NCBI GenBank assembly: GCA_019704295.1
Contig: AP024596.1
Span: 960,001-1,024,000 of the forward strand
DNA length: 64,000 bases
Direction of reading: 5' to 3'
Origin: Sulfolobales archaeon HS-7
Lineage (GTDB): Archaea > Thermoproteota > Thermoprotei_A > Sulfolobales > Sulfolobaceae
A model generated the notes under the pieces. It had not been told where the DNA came from and searched no databases. It saw only the letters and a program-made list of their open reading frames with translations. Shown here in pieces: positions 11,290-21,256 of the stretch. Each line of letters starts with the position of its first letter. Position 1 is the stretch's first letter. A program made the translations under genes and the position numbers.

Positions 11290-12798
11290 TCATTCCTTGA
11301 GCTTAGACTCAAGCAAGGCCTCAACTTTCTTCATTCTGCTCTTAGCGTTTCTCAGGAACAGCTTTAGCGCCGTCCTTACTGGAAAATAAAGCGGCCCCTT
11401 TAAATAATAACGACTTAATATATCCTCCGCCCAGTATACGTCGTGCCAAAATGCTTTTTTATATAACTCAATGTGAGAATCTGAGAGCTTTATTTTGGTA
11501 AACCAATCTTTGTTCTTAAAATAGCCCATCGGGACAAAGAACATTGGGACCAAAATACTTCTATATTCCCTTAAACTGTCAACTAACTCTATTGTTCTAA
11601 TTACATCGTCTTCATTTTCCTCAGGCAGACCCACTATCATAGTACCGGCTGGAACTATGTTATGTTCATGCATTATCTTGAAGGCTTCCTCTACGGTTTC
11701 TGGATACTGTTCAGGCTTGTAAGGAGATGATTTGGCAGGCATTATTTCTTTTGCTAATCGTGGTGAACCAGTTTCAACTCCTACTTCAACACCCAATAGC
11801 CTTTGTTCCTCATTTGAGAAAATTATCTCAGACAACTTGGATATTAACCCGTACTTCTCTTCCGCATATCTGATTGCGGCAAGACTTGCATGACTCCACG
11901 CTATAGTTCTATAGTATTTCTTTGCTAACTGGTGAAGTTTTATTAATGGCTCTGGTTTAGGAAAAATTCCTAACGCACCATAAAATAGTACGTCATCACT
12001 ATGAAGAATTCCGTCTTTAATGCCAGCTTTAACATTTACTTGAATCTCCCTTTCGATTTTTTCTAATGGGTAGTATCTTGTAGGTCTTAGCGTTACGGAG
12101 CAAAATCTGCACCCTCTCGCACACCCCCTCATAATCTCTACCATTCCATTAACGCTGCCTCCTCTTATTTCAGGTATTTCATCGAGATCCGGAGTATCTG
12201 CACCACCTACATACATATACTTCGGAAGCGGTTCACCATCAACTATTGCTTGTGCAATTTTTGGGAGGGCATGTTCAGCTTCCCCATCAAACATTAAATC
12301 TACTCCTACTTGTTCTAACATATCCTCTCTCCATAACCACTGCCACGTTGAAGGACCCCCAACTACTATTTTCATTCCCCTTTGTTTATTTTCCTTAATT
12401 TCTGGCTTATTTATTAACTCCTGGAAACTTTTGTAATTAATTGGTTCCTGTTTAGTTATGCCCCACCACGTGGATGAAGGAGGTCCGAATGCAAAGTAAT
12501 CGTGATGGGAGAGAAAAAGAGCTTTAGCACTTTTTAAGTGCTTTTCAAGATGATCTGGATCAATAATGGCAGCATTAAATCCCGAATCTAAAAGTTTCGC
12601 CTCAACCTTCCTAAGTCCATAGGGGGCTTGCCATGGTTTTCCCTCATTATCGACCTTCATCTTTGGGCAAGCTAGCCATTTCCAGACAGATTCTGGAATT
12701 CCAATACTGGGGCCTGTTCCTAAAAAACCTAAGAACTCTCTCCCATGATGATTTGTCATCAAACACCTGTCAGTTGTTAGTACGAAGTCATAAGGCAA
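11290..12798 (-). CDS. Radical SAM protein with B12-binding-like N-terminal domain
   Basis: CxxxCxxC (GCARGCRFC), [16 protein letters not shown]; TTG start with GGTGG SD. Confidence 0.85.
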   Translation of the reverse strand: MPYDFVLTTDRCLMTNHHGREFLGFLGTGPSIGIPESVWKWLACPKMKVDNEGKPWQAPYGLRKVEAKLLDSGFNAAIIDPDHLEKHLKSAKALFLSHHDYFAFGPPSSTWWGITKQEPINYKSFQELINKPEIKENKQRGMKIVVGGPSTWQWLWREDMLEQVGVDLMFDGEAEHALPKIAQAIVDGEPLPKYMYVGGADTPDLDEIPEIRGGSVNGMVEIMRGCARGCRFCSVTLRPTRYYPLEKIEREIQVNVKAGIKDGILHSDDVLFYGALGIFPKPEPLIKLHQLAKKYYRTIAWSHASLAAIRYAEEKYGLISKLSEIIFSNEEQRLLGVEVGVETGSPRLAKEIMPAKSSPYKPEQYPETVEEAFKIMHEHNIVPAGTMIVGLPEENEDDVIRTIELVDSLREYRSILVPMFFVPMGYFKNKDWFTKIKLSDSHIELYKKAFWHDVYWAEDILSRYYLKGPLYFPVRTALKLFLRNAKSRMKKVEALLESKLKE

Positions 12799-12833
12799 CT
12801 TAAACCACCACTATATTACACAGTTGACACTAT

Positions 12834-13070
12834 CTATTTTAACTTCATCTTCCTTAAGGCTCTTCTTATATCGTTAGGAAGTTCCTTATATTGTACCTTC
12901 TTTAGTTTATCTGGGTCTGGTTCCCAATATTCGCTATCATTTACCTTGAAATTATTTATTCTATAGTAGCTAATTAGCTTTTCTCCTTTCTCATTTACCA
13001 TTTCTTCTATAACTATACGTCCACTCCTATTTTCTATGAGGTAAGTATTATCGACGCTCTTAATACGCAT
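12834..13070 (-). CDS. Small hypothetical protein
   Basis: 78-aa ORF immediately upstream of the radical SAM gene, TATA-like CTTATAT upstream. Confidence 0.65.
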   Translation of the reverse strand: MRIKSVDNTYLIENRSGRIVIEEMVNEKGEKLISYYRINNFKVNDSEYWEPDPDKLKKVQYKELPNDIRRALRKMKLK

Positions 13071-13149
13071 AGTTTTTTTCTACCTTTTTCTCATATAAGT
13101 TTTTCTGTGAAACACTGTATACAAATAATTGGGAGAGTCTTAATTTGAC

Positions 13150-13300
13150 TAATTCACGTCTCCCTTGTTAATTCAGTTTATTTAAATAATTGTAACAAAC
13201 TTAATTCAATACTACAGTGTTAATTGGGGTTTAAACTTAAGAATTTCCTGTATTCTATTGCCTTTTTCCATAAATTACAATCCGCAAAAGAACATTGAAT
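13150..13300 (+). repeat. Dispersed repeat family B, copy 1
   Basis: AATTCACGT...GTTTATTT...AACAAACTTAATTCAATACTAC...CATAAATTACAAT, shared with 14310-14465 (inverted), 19195-19345 and 43645-43800. Confidence 0.7.
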
Positions 13301-13423
13301 GGGCCTTAGTGTTTAGTGGACGATCTCTTATGAGGTGTATACTGATTTAAGCGTCAATCAATACCTAAAACTACGCCCTTAAATCTATATCGGAATATAA
13401 GTATTTCTACCAGGTTTTTAGAA

Positions 13424-14185
13424 TTACACTTCCCTTACCGCATCTTTTGAATTATTTACGCTCTTATCGGAATGAAGTATGGAGTTCTTTATCTCTGAAA
13501 CGATTGACATGTGTAGCTGATTTGCTTTTAGCTCATCAATATATCTTGCAGAAAAATAATATTTCCCGAAGATTGCGGTATTATTAAGTAAGTTAACGAA
13601 CCTCTTGAAGTCTGTATTAAGGAAATCATAAACGTCAGCTTCTACGTCACATCTAATTCCCGAGATTAGCGTTTCATAACACTGAGTGATAACCATTGGA
13701 TTCTGTTCGGGAAACTTCAGTTCGTATAATTTCTCAGCATAGATTTTCACTTGTTTCTCTAAATTATTTTCCCCAAAATTTACTGTTGCTGAAATCTCCA
13801 TAGTTTTACTTATGTAAGAGTAGTATTCAATGTAATGCTCGTTTCCCATTCTCCACTCAATTGCCATGCCTATGGGAACTTTATTCGTTATTAGATAAAT
13901 GCCATCAATATCTTTTTCATATTCGCTTAACGGTATATTTGGACCTATCTTATGGAAAGTGGAGCATAATAACCTTAACGCGAAGGAAAGAATAGAATAC
14001 GCTTTCTTTCTATCATTACTGCTATTAGCTATTTCCTGTAATTCGTTACAGGTTGCTATGGATAACTCGAATACTAAATCTTTAGGTGTATTACCAATAG
14101 TCGCTGTTATCCAGACTCTCCTTCTAAAGTTAACATTTATCAGTTTCAATGATGTTATTGCTATTGACATTGCAATTCTCTTCAC
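13424..14185 (-). CDS. Hypothetical protein with no recognisable family
   Basis: 253-aa ORF with no recognisable motif, flanked by inverted family-B repeats. Confidence 0.6.
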   Translation of the reverse strand: MKRIAMSIAITSLKLINVNFRRRVWITATIGNTPKDLVFELSIATCNELQEIANSSNDRKKAYSILSFALRLLCSTFHKIGPNIPLSEYEKDIDGIYLITNKVPIGMAIEWRMGNEHYIEYYSYISKTMEISATVNFGENNLEKQVKIYAEKLYELKFPEQNPMVITQCYETLISGIRCDVEADVYDFLNTDFKRFVNLLNNTAIFGKYYFSARYIDELKANQLHMSIVSEIKNSILHSDKSVNNSKDAVREV

Positions 14186-14309
14186 TCTTAACCTTTAATC
14201 CTTTATTCTATTTGTTTTTACACCGCCTTAGAAATTAGCTAAAAGGAAATGTCCTGTTTTAACCAGTGAAAAGACCTGCCTTATTTCTCCTACGTAATTG
14301 GCGCCGTTT

Positions 14310-14465
14310 GTGCGTTCATTGTGAATTGTAATTTATGAGAAAGCATAATAAAATACAGTAAATTGCTGAGTTTAAATCTCCTTTCAGTGAGTACGGTAGT
14401 ATTGAATTAAGTTTGTTATAGTGACTGAAATAAACCGAATTCGTAAAGGATACGTGAATTGCTGC
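14310..14465 (-). repeat. Dispersed repeat family B, copy 2 (inverted)
   Basis: GTAGTATTGAATTAAGTTTGTT (14396-14417) is the exact reverse complement of 13194-13215; flanks align over about 150 bp. Confidence 0.75.
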
Positions 14466-14531
14466 TCCGGCTATGTTGAATAACGTTTTTAGATACAAAC
14501 GAAGGTATAATATTGAATGCTCAGAGGAACA

Positions 14532-15457
14532 ATGAAATTAGAAGAGGTGACGGAAAGGACGATATACTCTAGGTCACTAATTACGGATATTCCTAAAATG
14601 AAAAGAAAAGAACGGAGGGATTCAAAACGAGTCTTGAGTACGTTGAGTGCAAACCCATTTCCTTAGCAAGTTTACAACAATTATACGATGGAGTTGAATA
14701 CCTTAAAGCCTACGTGGATACTGTAAAGAAATTAGGGGGAAATATACCGACGCGTCCTGATTCGATACCCCAACAACTTTACAATGAAATAGTTAAAGGG
14801 GGAAGACCCAGATTAGGTCCTATACCTATTAAAGGGGCAGATCCATATACTTTGGAAGGTATCGGCGCAAAAGTAATATGTAATAAGAGAGGTGTAGCCA
14901 TTCATGCAATAGTAGATTTCTCTAGTGGCATAAAGATCTTCCTTGCATATCAAAGGGACAAAACTATAGTCGGGGTAGACATAGGTATGAGACATGTTGC
15001 AACAGTTGTCGCGATTAAGGGGACAGATATATACGTCTCGAAATCATTCGGTAATAAGGAAATAATGGGAAAATTAATGAGGTATACAGGCGAACCGCAA
15101 GGTTTGGGATCTAGCGATGAAATAAGAAGGATATTAAAGCCTATTATTAACGATATAGTTAACTATATCGTGGAATTGAATCCTAAAGTGGTCGTTATGG
15201 AAGATTTGCGGAAAGTGAATGGTAGAATAGGGTATGCTCTCAGAACGGTGCAAGATATGCTAATTAAGTCTCTATATGAAAGGGGCGTAAAATACGAGAG
15301 GAGAAGTGCCTATAGTACAAGTAGGATATGTTCAAAATGTGGATATAAGGGTGGAGAACTAATAGGGTCGTTATTTGTTTGCCCAGCATGTGGTTTCACC
15401 GCTGATAGGGACTTTAATGCTGCGTTAAACCTGGCAACAAAAGGGTATTATTCCTAA
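14532..15457 (+). CDS. Compact TnpB-like RuvC + Zn-ribbon protein; 5' part in a different frame (-1 shift near 14595-14610)
   Basis: VGVDIG (RuvC-I), VVMEDL (RuvC-II), TSRICSKCG...CPACG, DRDFNAALN (RuvC-III). The main frame is open from 14597; ATG 14532 lies in another frame. The ORF track start is GTG 14714. Confidence 0.75.
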
Positions 15458-15476
15458 AAAAGGGTATTATTCCTAA
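15439..15476 (+). repeat. Perfect 19-bp tandem duplication
   Basis: AAAAGGGTATTATTCCTAA at 15439-15457 and 15458-15476; includes the stop codon of the TnpB-like gene. Confidence 0.95.
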
Positions 15477-15652
15477 AGTGAAGTAGATTAATAGTAATTT
15501 TAATTCTTCGTAAATTCTCGTCTATTGACATAACCAAACCGTTTTCGAAAAAGCGTTTACCCATAATAGTCATTTATTTTGTGTTTATACCTAGTTACTA
15601 ATAATACAACAGTACAACCGACTTCATTAACTATAGTGTTATCAAACATCAG

Positions 15653-15938
15653 AGGAGCTAATTATTCTGTCCTACTATAAAGCTTCCCACTTCTCAGTTG
15701 CGCCCTAGGGGTTCTATAAAGTTACTAAAGGTACCAACTCTATATTGAACTTCGTATTCATGGTATATCATACGTAACTGCCAGGAGGAGCAAAAGCTTG
15801 TTACATTAACTCTAGCTTAAGCGTTTCGAGGACACTCATTCCGTTTACAACTATCATCAATACGTCCATAAGAAATTTACTTTAAAGTAGGGAGGACGTT
15901 TATCCTCGCGTGCCATCGTCCCCTTAACCCCAGTTAAG
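15653..15938 (-). mobile_element. Degenerate IS200/IS605-type MITE (SMN1-like)
   Basis: Minus strand reads TTTAT|CTTAACTGGGGTTAAGGGGACG...GAGGATAAAC (left end) and GAGAAGTGGGAAGC...TAGCTCCTC (decayed right end). Confidence 0.55.
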
Positions 15939-16037
15939 ATAAAGGACATATCAGTATATACCCAAAGGACTAGCTACATTCACTCAACGAAAAGATGATT
16001 TTTTAGACTTCTAGTTTATTATAGATACTGAAAGATT

Positions 16038-16766
16038 ATGGCGTTTGGACCAGCTGCTATGGGATATGATAGAGCAATTACTATATTCTCCCCTGATGGC
16101 TCTCTTTATCAGGTTGACTATGCTTTTGAAGCGGTAAAAAAAGGGTGGACATCTATTGGAGTTAAAAGTAAATCTGGCGTTGCAATAATAGTTGAGAAGC
16201 GTAAAGTCACTCCATTACTTGATATAGAGGGAGTAGAGAAGATTTTTATAATCGACGATCACGTTGGATGTAGTTTTGCTGGATTGGCATCAGACGGAAG
16301 AGTTCTAATAGAGTATGGAAGGAACTCGGCCCTCCAGCACAGGCTAATATACGACGAACCTATAAATATAGATTACTTAACAAGGGAAATTTCCGATGTA
16401 AAACAGGCCTACACTCAACACGGGGGAGTTAGGCCATTCGGCGTTGCCATGATTATAGCAGGAGTTGATAAAAAGGTACCAAAACTTCTGATGACAGAAC
16501 CTAGTGGTCAGTTCATGCCCTACTACGCTATTGCCATAGGTTCGGGGGGATATGCTGCGACGGATTATCTAGAGAAAAACTATAAAGAGGATATAAGCCT
16601 ACAAGATACGATTCTGCTTGGACTTAAGGGGTTACAGGCTACATTCAAACAAAATGAAAAAATATTACCTTCCTCAGTGGAAATTGGATACGCGTCAACA
16701 GACGAGGGCAAGTTCATTAAGATGAGCGTCGAGGAAAAGGCAAAATACATTTCAATGTTAGGTTAG
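16038..16766 (+). CDS. psmA: Proteasome alpha subunit
   Basis: GYDRAITIFSPDGSLYQVDYAFEAV, GVRPFG. Confidence 0.98.
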   Translation: MAFGPAAMGYDRAITIFSPDGSLYQVDYAFEAVKKGWTSIGVKSKSGVAIIVEKRKVTPLLDIEGVEKIFIIDDHVGCSFAGLASDGRVLIEYGRNSALQHRLIYDEPINIDYLTREISDVKQAYTQHGGVRPFGVAMIIAGVDKKVPKLLMTEPSGQFMPYYAIAIGSGGYAATDYLEKNYKEDISLQDTILLGLKGLQATFKQNEKILPSSVEIGYASTDEGKFIKMSVEEKAKYISMLG

Positions 16767-16871
16767 TAATGCTCGTAAGCTAATGCTATTCAGCTTAAAT
16801 ATGTTTTTTACGTGAGTAGGGCAAAGTATATAGTACACAAGCGTTAAACTTTACTAATACGTAAGTAGACT

Positions 16872-17780
16872 ATGCTGTATAGATTACTAGTTTTCGGTTA
16901 TGGTAAAGTAGGTCGTGCTTTTGTTAACGAACTGTCCTCCAGGAAAAATTTACTAGAAGATGATTACCTCATCAGTGGAATCGTAACCACTAAAGGGGTG
17001 ATGAAAGAAGTAAGAGAGCAATTCTCTGTAGACTATCATGCCGATCCTTTCACTGCATTGAATAAGGAGAGTCCCGATATAATTGTCGACGCCATGCCAG
17101 GGAATTACAGCGACGGCGAACCTTCTAAAAGCTTATACATAGAGGCTCTTAAGAATGGAATTCACGTAATTACATGCAATAAGGCTCCTTTGGCTTTATT
17201 TTATTGGGATATAGTAAGATATGTCGGAAAAGGTAAATTAGGTTTTCAGGCTACGGTAATGAGTGGAACTCCTTCGGTGAACCTTTATCGTATAGTCGGA
17301 CCATTAAAGGTTCATAGTATAAGAGGAATCCTCAATAGTACTACCAATTTCATTTTGACTAAGATGAGTGAGGGTTTATCATACGATGAGGTACTGAGAA
17401 TGGCGGTAGAGTTAGGTTTAGCTGAACCTGAACCCTCCTTAGATATCTCGGGTATAGATGCGGCCGCTAAACTTGCTATCCTCTCTAACTTTATTTTAAG
17501 GAAAAAAATAACAATAAATGATATTCATGTAGAGGGCGTACCCAAGAATCCCCGTGGTAAGATGAAGTTAATAGCATATGCTGACAGAGATACCGCCTAT
17601 GTAAAGCCCGAGGAAATAGAATCGCATGACATATTTTTTAATGTAAATGATAGTATGAATGCTCTTACATTGAAAGGAGATATTCAGGATATAACGATTA
17701 TTGGAGTCGGTGGAGGGCCTAGAAGCGCTGCTTTGGGAATGTTATCTGATCTAACATTAATTACACGGTATAGAACCTAA
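16872..17780 (+). CDS. hom: Homoserine dehydrogenase
   Basis: GYGKVG, HVITCNKAPLA, GILNSTTNFIL, AEPEPSLDISGIDAAAKLAIL. Confidence 0.9.
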   Translation: MLYRLLVFGYGKVGRAFVNELSSRKNLLEDDYLISGIVTTKGVMKEVREQFSVDYHADPFTALNKESPDIIVDAMPGNYSDGEPSKSLYIEALKNGIHVITCNKAPLALFYWDIVRYVGKGKLGFQATVMSGTPSVNLYRIVGPLKVHSIRGILNSTTNFILTKMSEGLSYDEVLRMAVELGLAEPEPSLDISGIDAAAKLAILSNFILRKKITINDIHVEGVPKNPRGKMKLIAYADRDTAYVKPEEIESHDIFFNVNDSMNALTLKGDIQDITIIGVGGGPRSAALGMLSDLTLITRYRT

Positions 17781-17846
17781 AGTGAAATGTCCTGCCCTAC
17801 CGATAAAGCTCTCTATTCCCATATTTTAAAAGTAGAATTTTATGGG

Positions 17847-17920
17847 ACAGTGCGCAATGTGTAATTAATATGAATATCTGAATGAACTAAAAGTTATAAA
17901 ACATGTCTCTGTAGATAAGC
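17847..17920 (-). repeat. TIR-MITE family A, right-end fragment
   Basis: GACAGTGCGCAATGTGTAATTAAT...AACTAAAAGTTATAAAAC matches 31420-31480. Confidence 0.55.
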
Positions 17921-17964
17921 TACGAGTACTACTTTTTATATTAGTGAGGAATTCGCTCCTTCGT

Positions 17965-18290
17965 CACACTATCTAATGTACAAAATCTTATGTTATTTAT
18001 TTTAAAAACTAGATTTTGAGGATGTAGGAATAACCCACCTTATGTTACTCAATTATGAGATAGTACAGGGGAATTAGGAGAGATTAAACTCCTTTGCTGG
18101 CTTCCTAAGCTTAAGAAATATCTAGCTTTACTCTCTACAAACTTCGAACTTGTTACGCTGAAAACCTCTCTTTACCCAAGATTCTAGAAAAATACGTGAT
18201 TACTTGTCACTATACTAAATAAACTTACTTTATATTATCCCCCTCCTCGTAATTAAGCGAATTTAATTCTGGAATGTAAATCACATTAGC
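17965..18290 (+). mobile_element. TIR-MITE family A, near-complete copy
   Basis: TTAAAAACTAGATTTTGAGGATGTAGGAATAACCC identical to the 27184 copy; also GAGATTAAA and TAATTAAGCGAATTTAATTCT blocks. Confidence 0.75.
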
Positions 18291-18293
18291 CTA

Positions 18294-18614
18294 CTATTTT
18301 AGATACTTAATCCCCCATTTTTGTATCTCTTCAAACGCTCCCTTCAGCTCTTTACCTTTCTCCGTAAGCTCGTACCTTACCTTAAATGGTCTGTCTGAGA
18401 TTATTATCCTTTTTATAACGTCATATCTCTCCAGTTCTTTCAGTGTAGAAGACAAAGTCTTAGAACTTAGTTTCGTCAATCTCTCCAGTTCATTAAATCC
18501 TTTTCCTCCATCTAATAAGTACCTTAAAACAAGTAACTTACGTTCACTACCTATTATTCTAATGGTCTCGACAATTGGGCAAAATGTTTCCTCAACTTTC
18601 TTCAAGGTAACCAA
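18294..18614 (-). CDS. HxlR/DUF24 winged-helix regulator with N-terminal CP cysteine
   Basis: FCPIVETIRIIG, GFNELER, SKTLSSTLKELE, VRYELTEKG. Confidence 0.9.
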   Translation of the reverse strand: MVTLKKVEETFCPIVETIRIIGSERKLLVLRYLLDGGKGFNELERLTKLSSKTLSSTLKELERYDVIKRIIISDRPFKVRYELTEKGKELKGAFEEIQKWGIKYLK

Positions 18615-18630
18615 ATTTAGTTATATTCAC

Positions 18631-18650
18631 GTAGTGTATATATACTTTAC
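18631..18650. promoter_or_regulatory. Palindromic TATA/operator shared by divergent genes
   Basis: GTAgtGTATATATACttTAC centred about 26 nt from the HxlR start and about 29 nt from the CDGSH start. Confidence 0.55.
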
Positions 18651-18669
18651 TTTCCACACTTACTTTGCA

Positions 18670-18876
18670 ATGGTTAGGTTAGTAAGACACGACCGGAATA
18701 AACCATATGAAATAAAGGCAGATAACGGACAAGTTTTTTACGTATGTGCATGTGGGCTATCTAAACATAAACCATTCTGTGATGGCTCCCACAAAAGAAC
18801 TCTAGATGAGGAAGAGGGAAATGTATATATATACGACGATGAGGGAAAAATAAAGTTAAATAACTTTTATCCGTAA
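18670..18876 (+). CDS. CDGSH iron-sulfur domain protein
   Basis: CACGLSKHKPFCDGSH; start at ATG 18670, because the longer ORF overlaps the HxlR gene. Confidence 0.9.
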   Translation: MVRLVRHDRNKPYEIKADNGQVFYVCACGLSKHKPFCDGSHKRTLDEEEGNVYIYDDEGKIKLNNFYP

Positions 18877-18909
18877 AACTCTTTTTTACTAGGAGACAGC
18901 CGAAGGTCC

Positions 18910-19028
18910 TTGATCTCTGGTAATCCGCATTAAGTATTATCCCCTTAATTGAGCTTGCGTGTTATGGCTATATTCCAAGAATTTAATTTTTAAAGTAAAT
19001 AACATTTATTGCGCATTGTATACTGTTA
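18910..19028 (-). repeat. TIR-MITE family A, left-end fragment
   Basis: GAATTTAATTTTTAAAGTAAATAACATTTATTGCGCATTG is the reverse complement of the family A left end. Confidence 0.55.
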
Positions 19029-19094
19029 CATGAAAAACTAACAAGTTTACGCACTTTTTCTAGAGACAAAGGTTGATCCTTACCCACTTAACGG

Positions 19095-19345
19095 AAATTT
19101 TGTAAATTTTTACTCTCATCCACTAGATTTTTCTCATATTTTCGAAACTCTCTCATTTTAGTAAAAAAATTGGCGTGAAAGCACCTATTAAGGGAACAGT
19201 TCACGTCTCCATTTGGAATCCCGTTTATTTAAAGTATTGTAGCAAATTTTATTGAATATTATCGCAATGCGTACGGAGATATTTACGCTTAAAAGTTTAC
19301 TTCATTTCATTTATTTTTCTCGTAAACTACAATTTGCAACTGACG
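19095..19345 (+). repeat. Dispersed repeat family B, extended copy
   Basis: TTCACGTCTCC...GTTTATTTAAAGTATTGTAGCAAA matches 13153-13200; 19095-19185 resembles 24350-24445. Confidence 0.6.
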
Positions 19346-19508
19346 CCTTAATCACTCGGTTAGGGAGTCAGATTCTTCTATAGAATGGAAAGCTCGCAAG
19401 CCGTATTACAATAGAGACCTTAACCTTATAGTAAAACCGATTTTTTCCACAGCACAATCTAGATAGGAAAAAATATAATGAGACGAGATAGAATATTATC
19501 TAATTGCT

Positions 19509-19592
19509 GCCGGGGTGCCCGAGCGGTCCAAGGGGCCGGCCTTGAGAGCCGGTAGGGACAACCCTGCGCGGGTTCGAATCCCGCCCCCGGCG
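19509..19592 (+). tRNA. tRNA-Ser(TGA), intronless
   Basis: GCCGGGG/CCCCGGC acceptor stem, CCGGC-cttgaga-GCCGG anticodon arm, long variable arm, GGTTCGAATCC, G discriminator. Confidence 0.97.
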
Positions 19593-19649
19593 TTTCCACC
19601 TTTCTAGTAAATTTTTACATTAAACTTCGAGTTCAGAAAGTCGAGTTGA

Positions 19650-20719
19650 GGAGCCCCACAGGCTTTGCCTCTACCACTCCTGGGGGAACTGCGAATTCGT
19701 GAGAGTCAAACAATTGCTACGTCACTCTTATAACTGTAATACCGTTCTTTCTTGTACTTATTAATTACCTATAGCACCTAGAGTAATTTCTTCACAACCT
19801 CGTGGGTATTGCCCATTTGTTATATCGACCTAAGGGCGTTATAGCCTCTTGAATAGTGTTTTATCCCCTCGTTATACCTGGGCTTAATATTGTTTATCCC
19901 TTCACTTACTTGTTTGTTACCTTCTTGCAATACTTGGTTTTCCCCTAGTTTTGCGTAAATTCCTTCCTAGGAGTTCGCAAGTTAGTCTCGCAGATAGGAA
20001 ATTGAGGGGATTACTCCAAGGCGCTACATGCTTCGCCTCTAACATAGCTATGGGAACAGCGAGTCCAGAACGTTGCCTACATCAACATCGCAATGGATCG
20101 CTATCTTCATCCATAGTATTACGTTTTCTCCCCGTGCAAGGTATTTTATAACTGAATGGCAAGTAAAACTTGTCCTTTTTGTTCACGGGTTTTCCGAGTT
20201 CTAGTTCTCTAACCCTTTTCGAGAACCAGGTACGGCACCTGGAAAAGGTAATCTACTCCGTGATGTTTAACAGTTACCCTCACCCTTTCTCGCTCAACTT
20301 TTCTCAACGTCGATTTCACCTCTTACGTACACTATGTTAAGTACCGGTTTCCTAGATGAAGCTTATCCTCCTCTCGATCCTCCTCTTCCACCACTTTAGT
20401 ATCGATAACGCGACGCATACAGCGCTGTCAGCGTAGTGGAAAGTAAACTCGTTTAACTTCTTCAGTTCATCCCTCAACCCCTTATACACTTCCTTTATCC
20501 TTGGTAACGTTTTCTTGACCCTTGTAAAGACCTTCCCCTTTTTAACTTCCTTCCCCTCGACTTTACTCCTTTCCACAACCAGTCTAACGCGTTCCGTAGT
20601 AATCTCTTGTTCTCTAATAACACCTCGCTTTCCTCCTTCTTTTCGTTATTCACGGAGTAAGTTAGGTAAACGTACTCCCCTTCAGGTGTGAAAGTCTTAA
20701 GCCTTAAGCTCTTCTGCAT
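19650..20719 (-). pseudogene. tnpB: IS607 tnpB pseudogene
   Basis: Fragments MQKSLRLKTFTPEGEYVYLTYSVNNEKKEES and EVYKGLRDELKK...HYADSA, with frameshifts and stops. Confidence 0.75.
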
Positions 20720-21256
20720 ATTTCTTTACCTTTTCATACTATGACTTATACTATATAGCTCACTGAATGACACTAGGATCGAGATGAGGTCTTAGATTAG
20801 CTCTTATTCTTGCGTCTTGTCATCTTTGTTTACCACAACTATTTCTCGGTTATGTGCTTTGCATATTTCTTCTACTATTTCCAGACCGAACCTTATTAGT
20901 CCCTCTGGACGCGCTATAACAATTTTTGATACTTCGTTTTTAGTATCATCCTGAACAGTTTGAGTAGTCCTTTTCACGTTCAATCCCTAACTCACATACG
21001 TTATCGCTTGGTCGTAACCATTAATCTGTTCCTCAGAGTGTTTTACTTGTTTTATCAATTCGTCCTCTTGCGTGTTGAGACGTAACGTATTACACTACTT
21101 TCCTCTTCCTAACAATATCCATCAAACTCTCCAACTTTTCCTTTCCGAACCTCCACTTTTCCCAACTACCGTTAGTTTAATGTAGCCCTTCTTTACTTAT
21201 TCCCTAAGCGTGGCATACGAGTTCCCTAGACACTGTTATATTTACTCAGACCTCAA
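20697..21256 (-). pseudogene. tnpA: IS607 tnpA serine recombinase pseudogene
   Basis: Fragments KWRFGKEKLESLMDIVRKRKV and YEKVKKYAEELKA*; multiple stops and indels. Confidence 0.8.

Noticed and set aside
14316-14498. 60-aa ORF; likewise 33668-33859, 50337-50546, 55600-55827 and 19951-20151
   Set aside because: They fall within repeats or mobile-element debris and show no coding signals
14532-15457. Calling the TnpB-like gene a nuclease-dead TldR or a Cas12f
   Set aside because: The D-E-D triad is intact and there is no CRISPR array or cas gene nearby
18562-18669. N-terminal extension of the CDGSH ORF
   Set aside because: It overlaps the HxlR gene and promoter; ATG 18670 fits the TATA spacing
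19509-19592. Possible selenocysteine or suppressor tRNA because of 'TGA'
   Set aside because: TGA is the anticodon, which reads UCA (Ser); tRNA-Sec would have anticodon TCA and a longer acceptor stem
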